64,000 bases of DNA from an uncultured Candidatus Rokubacteria bacterium (lineage in GTDB: Bacteria > Methylomirabilota > Methylomirabilia > Rokubacteriales > DASRDR01). The translations under genes and the position numbers were made by a program. This document shows, piece by piece, positions 58,608-64,000 of this stretch. Numbering within the stretch: the first letter of the stretch is position 1; the number at the start of each line of letters is the position of its first letter. Where the stretch lies: assembly GCA_963805625.1 (NCBI GenBank), contig CAWDVE010000019.1:96001-160000 (forward strand). Direction: 5' to 3'. The notes beneath the pieces are model-generated. The model saw only the letters and a list, made by a program, of their open reading frames with translations, was not told the origin of the DNA and did not search any database.

Positions 58608-59861
58608 GTGAACGAGGCCGGGAAGAAGACGGTGCAAAGTCGGCCGAAGCGCGCCCGCCTCGAGCTGCTCGTGCGCCGGGCGGACGGGGACGGGTTCGAG
58701 GTCCGCGAGATCCCGAGCGCGGTCGCGTATCTGCAAAGCCGTCCCCAGCGCATCCCCGCCGCGGACTGGGAGATGGCCCGGCTGCCCTACGCGAGGCAGG
58801 GCGTCGTCACCTACGCTCTCAAGAACAGCCGCACCGAGCAGATCATCCAGATCACCGAGGCCGAGAAGTTCCTCTGGGAAGAGATGGACGGGCGAGTGTC
58901 GCTCCAGGAGATCGCCACCGCCTACCTCCTGCGCTACGGCTCCTTCGACTTCGAGATCATCCCGACGCTGATCGTGAAGCTCCTGCGGGCGGACCTCCTG
59001 ACCATGCGCCCGGTCTCCCGCCTCCGCGCCGTCCTCGCCCGCAACCGCCGCAACGCGGCCGCGCGCGCCATGGAAGGGACGCTCCACGCGCTCGAGCGGC
59101 TCACCGTCGCCAGCCGGCGGGCGCACGACGTCTTCGCGCGCGTGTACCGCTACGGCGGCTTCCTCCTCTTCTCGCCGTGGGCCCTGCTGGCGCTGATCCT
59201 CATGGTCGGCCTCGGCGGGTGGAGCGCCGTCCGGATCTGGGCGGAGCTCGGCGAGGTGACCCACGGGCTGGCCCAGCACCCGCTGATCGCCATCCTCCTC
59301 GTGAAGGTCGTCTTCTGGCTCACGGTCATCAACCACCAGGTCATCCATGCCCTCGCCTGCGTGCACTACCGCCGCCGGGTGCGCGAGTTCGGCTTCACGA
59401 TCCTCCACGGCTTCATCCCGACGTTCTACGCCGACGTCACCGACATCTTCATGGCGAGCCGTCGGGCCCGCATCGTCAACGCGGTGGCGGGGCCGCTATT
59501 CCACCTCTTCCTGGGCGCCTTCTGCTTCTGGATCGCGACCATGCTGTCGCCGGGGCTCTTCCAGGGCTTCCTCGCCGCCTCCGCCATCCTGCAGCTCCAG
59601 TCGTTCTTCATCAGCCTCTACCCGTTCTGCTTCCTCGAGATGGACGGCTACCACATCCTGGTGGAGTGGCTCGGCATCCCGACGCTCAACGACGATGCCG
59701 TCCGCTTCGTCCGGGAGTCGCTGTGGGCGCGCCTGCGGAGTCTCGACAGCTTCACCCGGCGCGAGGGGATTTACGTGGCGTACTTCGCGCTGTCGCTGGT
59801 GTCGGTGACGGGCTTCGTGCTGGCGACCGTGTGGCTCCTGGTCCGTGCCGGCACGTCATGA
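58608..59861 (+). CDS. RRE/PqqD-like domain fused to an M50-like intramembrane zinc-peptidase fold (HQxxH variant)
   Basis: YALKNSRT...FLWEEMDGRVSLQEI...LLRADLL (RRE); NHQVIHALAC, FYADVTD, AGP, PFCFLEMDGYHIL; multiple TM helices. Confidence 0.75.
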   Translation: MNEAGKKTVQSRPKRARLELLVRRADGDGFEVREIPSAVAYLQSRPQRIPAADWEMARLPYARQGVVTYALKNSRTEQIIQITEAEKFLWEEMDGRVSLQEIATAYLLRYGSFDFEIIPTLIVKLLRADLLTMRPVSRLRAVLARNRRNAAARAMEGTLHALERLTVASRRAHDVFARVYRYGGFLLFSPWALLALILMVGLGGWSAVRIWAELGEVTHGLAQHPLIAILLVKVVFWLTVINHQVIHALACVHYRRRVREFGFTILHGFIPTFYADVTDIFMASRRARIVNAVAGPLFHLFLGAFCFWIATMLSPGLFQGFLAASAILQLQSFFISLYPFCFLEMDGYHILVEWLGIPTLNDDAVRFVRESLWARLRSLDSFTRREGIYVAYFALSLVSVTGFVLATVWLLVRAGTS

Positions 59862-60051
59862 CCGTGAGACGCTATGATGGGTGCTGACGTCAGGTCAGGG
59901 CGCGGAGCGGCTCAGAGTGGTTGGCGATCTCGCCCGCCTCGTTCGGCCGAAGAGGGTCAGGACTCTCTCCACGCCGGCGCCGCAGCGTGAGCATCTCGCT
60001 CCGGCGCTCATGAGGTCGGGAGGATCGTCGAACGTCGACGGGAGGTCGAGC

Positions 60052-60366
60052 ATGCGACTACTGACCCGCGTAGTGGTCCTCACGGTGGCAGCTCAGCTGT
60101 CGTGGATGTCGCCAGGGTTTGCGCAGCAGGGGACTCTCAACGGAACCGTCGTCGGAGGCGACGGCCGCCCCCGGCCGTTCGCACTCGTCCAGCTGGACGG
60201 AGCGGCGCACTATGCCGCGATGACCGACGCGGAAGGCCGCTTCACGATCACGAAGATGGTGCCCGGGAGCTACGTGGTTCGCATCCGCCAGGGGGACAAC
60301 ATCGAGAGCCAGCAGCAGACCGTATCGAGCGGCACCAGCTCCCTGACGCTCAAGGTGAAGTGGTAG
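60052..60366 (+). CDS. Secreted carboxypeptidase-regulatory-like (Cna-B type) domain protein
   Basis: Signal peptide; LNGTVVGGDGRP, TDAEGRFTI, PGSYVV; GGAGG RBS. Confidence 0.75.
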   Translation: MRLLTRVVVLTVAAQLSWMSPGFAQQGTLNGTVVGGDGRPRPFALVQLDGAAHYAAMTDAEGRFTITKMVPGSYVVRIRQGDNIESQQQTVSSGTSSLTLKVKW

Positions 60367-60385
60367 CTCAGGCAAGGAGGCGCCC

Positions 60386-61174
60386 ATGGCGCTTAGCGAC
60401 ACCTCGATCAAGCTGCTGGACATCGCCGTCAAGGGTGGGCTCGGGATCGTGCTGACGCTGCTGGCCACCCTCTACGGATACAAGCTCCACGATCAGCGAG
60501 AGAAGGAAGCGGATGCGTCGAAGCGAATCCAGGCGATCGTCGACCTGACGAGCAAGCAGAAGGACCTGGACGTCCAGCTGGCGGTCCAGATGTTCAGCAC
60601 GCTGACCAGCAACTACTTTCAGAAGGACGCATCCCCGGCGGACAGCCAGCAGCTGCGCCGGCAGATCCTCTTGCTGCGCCTGGTGGCCCTGAACTTCCAG
60701 GATGTTCCCATCCAGCTGCGCCCGCTGTTCGAGGATCTGGATGGCCAGCTGACACGGCCGGAGGACAGGAGGCAGCTCCGCGAGGTCGCACAGGAGGTGG
60801 CGACCCGCCAGGCGTTCCGGCTGACCGTGGGGGGCGGGTACAACTCCGGGCCGCGAACTGTCAAGAGCGGTGACGTCCTGGAGATTCCGGAGCTCCTCGC
60901 GACGGTCACCATCGAGTCCGTCGGCAAGGATGCGATCCGGGCGTACATCGATTCCAAGTTTGCGGCGGCCGGCCGGGTCGGCCCATTCAACGTGGGATAC
61001 TTCGTCTGGCCGATCACGGACAACACGAAGCTGGGCGAGCTGCGCGTCTGCGTGCTGCTGCTGAACACCGACGGAGAGCAGGCGAGCATCAGAGTCATCG
61101 GGTTTGGCAGCGAGCTGGCCACCGACCGGTTCGACATCAAGGAACTGTCGAGAGTACTGCGGGACAAGCAGTAG
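60386..61174 (+). CDS. Hypothetical membrane-anchored protein
   Basis: 262 aa; N-terminal TM helix and coiled segment; AAGGAGG RBS. Confidence 0.7.
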   Translation: MALSDTSIKLLDIAVKGGLGIVLTLLATLYGYKLHDQREKEADASKRIQAIVDLTSKQKDLDVQLAVQMFSTLTSNYFQKDASPADSQQLRRQILLLRLVALNFQDVPIQLRPLFEDLDGQLTRPEDRRQLREVAQEVATRQAFRLTVGGGYNSGPRTVKSGDVLEIPELLATVTIESVGKDAIRAYIDSKFAAAGRVGPFNVGYFVWPITDNTKLGELRVCVLLLNTDGEQASIRVIGFGSELATDRFDIKELSRVLRDKQ

Positions 61175-61283
61175 TCCGGTTCCGTCGTATCCGCACTCCG
61201 GCGGCTACGCCACAGACGGAATGGGAGCTGACCCCCGGGACCCGGCTCCAGGGATGGGAGCTGCGATGTGCGCGACTGCCGGC

Positions 61284-61540
61284 ATGCCATTCGCCTGGCG
61301 GCCGATCACCGCCAGGGACGCCGGGATCGCGCCGGATCTCGGCGATCGGATCGATGTCGCACACCAGGAGGGCGAGCTACCCGGACCTGCACGGGCTGGT
61401 GATCGGGTCGCGCGGCTCGCGCTCGAGCGCTACTAGCCAGGCCCGGAGGAGAGCTGGGACCGCCCGCTTGGACGGGTGGCGTTCGGGCCGGAGACGTTGC
61501 ACGATCTGCTCTCCGTTACCAAGAGCGTCGGGGCCTCTTC
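61284..61540 (+). pseudogene. Serine hydrolase (beta-lactamase class C-like) N-terminal remnant
   Basis: LPDLHGLVI...LALERY...FGPETLHDLLSVTKSV (SxxK) across frameshifts and a stop. Confidence 0.6.
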
Positions 61541-62072
61541 GGCCGATGCCGCTCAAGCCGTGGCACGACATCGTGCTGCCGAGCCGCTGACAGTCGACTG
61601 GCGCGTGGTCCGGACGGCGGGGCGACGCAGCGATCCGATGACACCGCGTGCCCACTTTGACGGGAACGGTATGCCAAGGACCCGGTTGGTGCGGGCTCAA
61701 GAGGTCGCGTCCCAGGGAGTAGTTGCCGACCTGGACCTGGTATCGCACCTCTTCCCCGGTCGGCTTGAGCGCCAGGGAGAAGGACTGGGGCCCGCCGAAC
61801 GTCCCGTTGATCGTGTAGGTGTCGCGGCTCACGACCCGGCCGTTCGCGGCCACGCCGAAGAGGTTCAGGACCGCGAATCTGAAGCTGGCCGTGGTCCGGC
61901 TCGTGATCAGGCCCACCGCCTCGACCCGATCCGGCTGCCGGTCGATCCGGTAGTCCAGCACGAAGATCTGGTCGCGCTCGTGGAGGGGGAAGTCCTCCGG
62001 CCGCGGTTGGGGCGCTCCGGCCGCGCACGCGGTCAGGGCGATCACGCTGAGCAGGAGGACGAATCGGCTCAT
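61377..62072 (-). CDS. Putative lipoprotein (true C-terminus probably near 61700)
   Basis: MSRFVLLLSVIALTAC lipobox; the tail overlaps a pseudogene on the other strand and looks non-coding. Confidence 0.6.
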   Translation of the reverse strand: MSRFVLLLSVIALTACAAGAPQPRPEDFPLHERDQIFVLDYRIDRQPDRVEAVGLITSRTTASFRFAVLNLFGVAANGRVVSRDTYTINGTFGGPQSFSLALKPTGEEVRYQVQVGNYSLGRDLLSPHQPGPWHTVPVKVGTRCHRIAASPRRPDHAPVDCQRLGSTMSCHGLSGIGRRGPDALGNGEQIVQRLRPERHPSKRAVPALLRAWLVALEREPRDPITSPCRSG

Positions 62073-62179
62073 CGACACTGCCAGTTTATCTCACGCCGTG
62101 CCCGATCACCAGCATGTGCGGCGCGCCGACGATCTTCCGGACGGTCGTGCTCGTGGATTCAGGGACCGGACGCGGGGCC

Positions 62180-63288
62180 CTAGTCCAGCCAGTCCTCGCT
62201 CTTTGAGCTTCCGCGGCAGGTAGGTCTTGGTCAGGTAGCGGAAGTCCTTGTTGGCGAGCGCGTCGAGCTCGTACTTGAGGCCGCTCGCGAGCATCCGCTT
62301 GATCTCCTCCTGCCAGGGCTTCTTCTGGAACCAGCGGTACTTGAGCAGCTCCTTGGCCCGGCCGACGTCCTTGTCGTTGAGCTTGATGCCGACGTTGCGC
62401 GGCAGGCCGTAGGCGTCGGGATCGGCGCTGGAGAGGCCGATGAACTTGGCCTTGGGGATGGCCATGCGCTCGCTCTCGAACGCGAGGTTGATCGAGCCCT
62501 GCTTGACGACCGAGTAGATGTAGTAGCCCCAGGGGTCGTTGTCGACGAGGACGTACACGGGGATCTTGTAGTCCTCGTGCAGGCGGCGGGCCAGGCGGCG
62601 GACGCCGCGGGGCGGCTGGCCGTTGCCGGTCAGGAGCACGCAGTTGTACCGGCGCCAGAACTTGTCCTCCGACAGGCGGTTCCACTGGGTGCCCTTCTCG
62701 ACGAGCAGGACGAAGTCCGCCGTGCAGCGCCGGATCTCGATGTACTCGGGCTCGACGATGGAGGGCACCGAGTAGCCGCCCTTGCCCAGGCGCGCGCAGT
62801 CCACCCGGTCGCCGTCGTCGACCGAGGACGACCGGCCCCACGATGCTGCCGGCGTTCTCGGCGCGCACGTGGAGCTCCTCGCGCAGCGCCGCCAGCGCGA
62901 CCTCGAGGTCCTCGATCAGCGGGTCGGACTCGTTCTGGTCGTCGAAGGTGTTCTCGTGCGAGCCCTTCATCGTGTGCTTGGTGCGGTAGTAGATCTCGCG
63001 GAGCGAGGTCGTGAGGTTCGCCCGCTGCAGCTCGGCCAGGGCGTCGGCCACCAGCACCGTCTGCATGAACTTCTTGGCCATGCCCACGTTGAAGAACGTG
63101 CGCGCCTGCTTGCGCTTGCCCATCTCGATGATGCCGCGCTTCTCGTTGAAGTTGACGTTGGCGAGGCTGCGCACGGGGATCGACAGCGCGGGGTCCCGGC
63201 TCCGCTCGGCGGCGGTGATCACGATGTCGGCCACGCCGACCAGCTTCTTCTCGACCGGCCCGATCTTCTTCGGCGTCGCTCCGGCCAT
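62180..63288 (-). CDS. top6A: DNA topoisomerase VI subunit A (Spo11-like), two +1 frameshifts (~62822, ~62195)
   Basis: TSLREIYY (catalytic Tyr region), FDDQNESD, LVEKG (TOPRIM Glu), VDNDPWG (DxD), YELDAL. Confidence 0.88.
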
Positions 63289-63296
63289 GGCTCGCT

Positions 63297-64000
63297 CTAT
63301 CGCTTCCTGCGCTTGGTCGACGGAGCCGCGTCGCGCGTGTCGCCTGTCGCTTCGCGTCCGGTCGGCTTGGGCGCTTCGCGCTTGGCCGTCCTGGGCGCTC
63401 ACGCGCTGCCGCCCTGGCCCTGGCGGGCGGCTCCAGGCTCGCGACCTTGCCCTTCCGCCGCGCCGGCGCCGGCCGCTCGGATTCCGCCGCGCCCTCCGCG
63501 TCCGCCGCCGCGCCCGGTCGGCACCGGGCAGCACCGGCGCCTCCCCCTCGGGCCCGTCGGGCGTGACGATGATCGAGTGCGGCAGGCCCTCCGGGCCGCC
63601 TCCGTCGCGGCCCAGGATCTCGTCGGTCCGGCTCCCGCCGGTCCGCTTCATGGCGATCTTCTGGAGCTGGCTCTTGAGCTTCTCCTTGGGCGAGCTTGCC
63701 GCCCTTCAGCCGGGCGCAGGCCTCGACGACCTCCTCGATGTAGAGCTCGAAGATGTTGCGCCGGCGGAACTCGCTCTTGGCCCGCTCGCGCCGCCGCAGG
63801 AAGACGCCGAGCCGGCGCCCGCACTCCTGGAGCGCGAGCTTGATCTCCTTGCGGATCTCGTCGTAGTCGGCGATCGCTTCCTTGGACTCGCTGGTGAACG
63901 GCACCCAGACCGAGGCCATGTGGACGAAGATCACCATCGGGCCCGGCCGGCAGCGCGCCCCGGGACTGGGACACGCCGTAGTTCCGCCAGGCGGTCTCGA
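63297..64000 (-). CDS. top6B: DNA topoisomerase VI subunit B, C-terminal part (partial, frameshifted)
   Basis: WRNYGVSQ, VHMASVWVPFTSESKEAIA, EIKLALQECGRRL (transducer domain); runs off the window. Confidence 0.85.

Overview
GC-rich (~70%) bacterial window. The gene content (many branched-chain/SsuA-type/sugar ABC transporters, hydantoinase/oxoprolinase pairs, TauD, amidase, bacterial topoisomerase VI) suggests a Candidatus Rokubacteria/Methylomirabilota-like soil bacterium; this is inference only. It contains ahcY under a clear SAH riboswitch, several catabolic/transport operons, a complete insertion sequence (30555-31987, 5-bp TSD, subterminal inverted repeats, frameshifted DDE transposase) and many short gene remnants. 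Highlights: (1) two rhodanese genes interrupted by an in-frame UGA in the active-site loop, each followed by a SECIS-like hairpin, so probably selenoproteins (one is a rhodanese-CBS fusion); (2) a three-gene module of an NHLP-type leader-like peptide, a stand-alone cNMP-binding protein and an RRE-fused M50-like membrane protein whose HExxH reads HQxxH, with no modifying enzymes nearby, possibly a signalling rather than a biosynthetic system; (3) top6A/top6B with single-base frameshifts near the window end, probably sequencing errors. No rRNA, tRNA or CRISPR array was seen. All family assignments come from motif recognition, not database searches.
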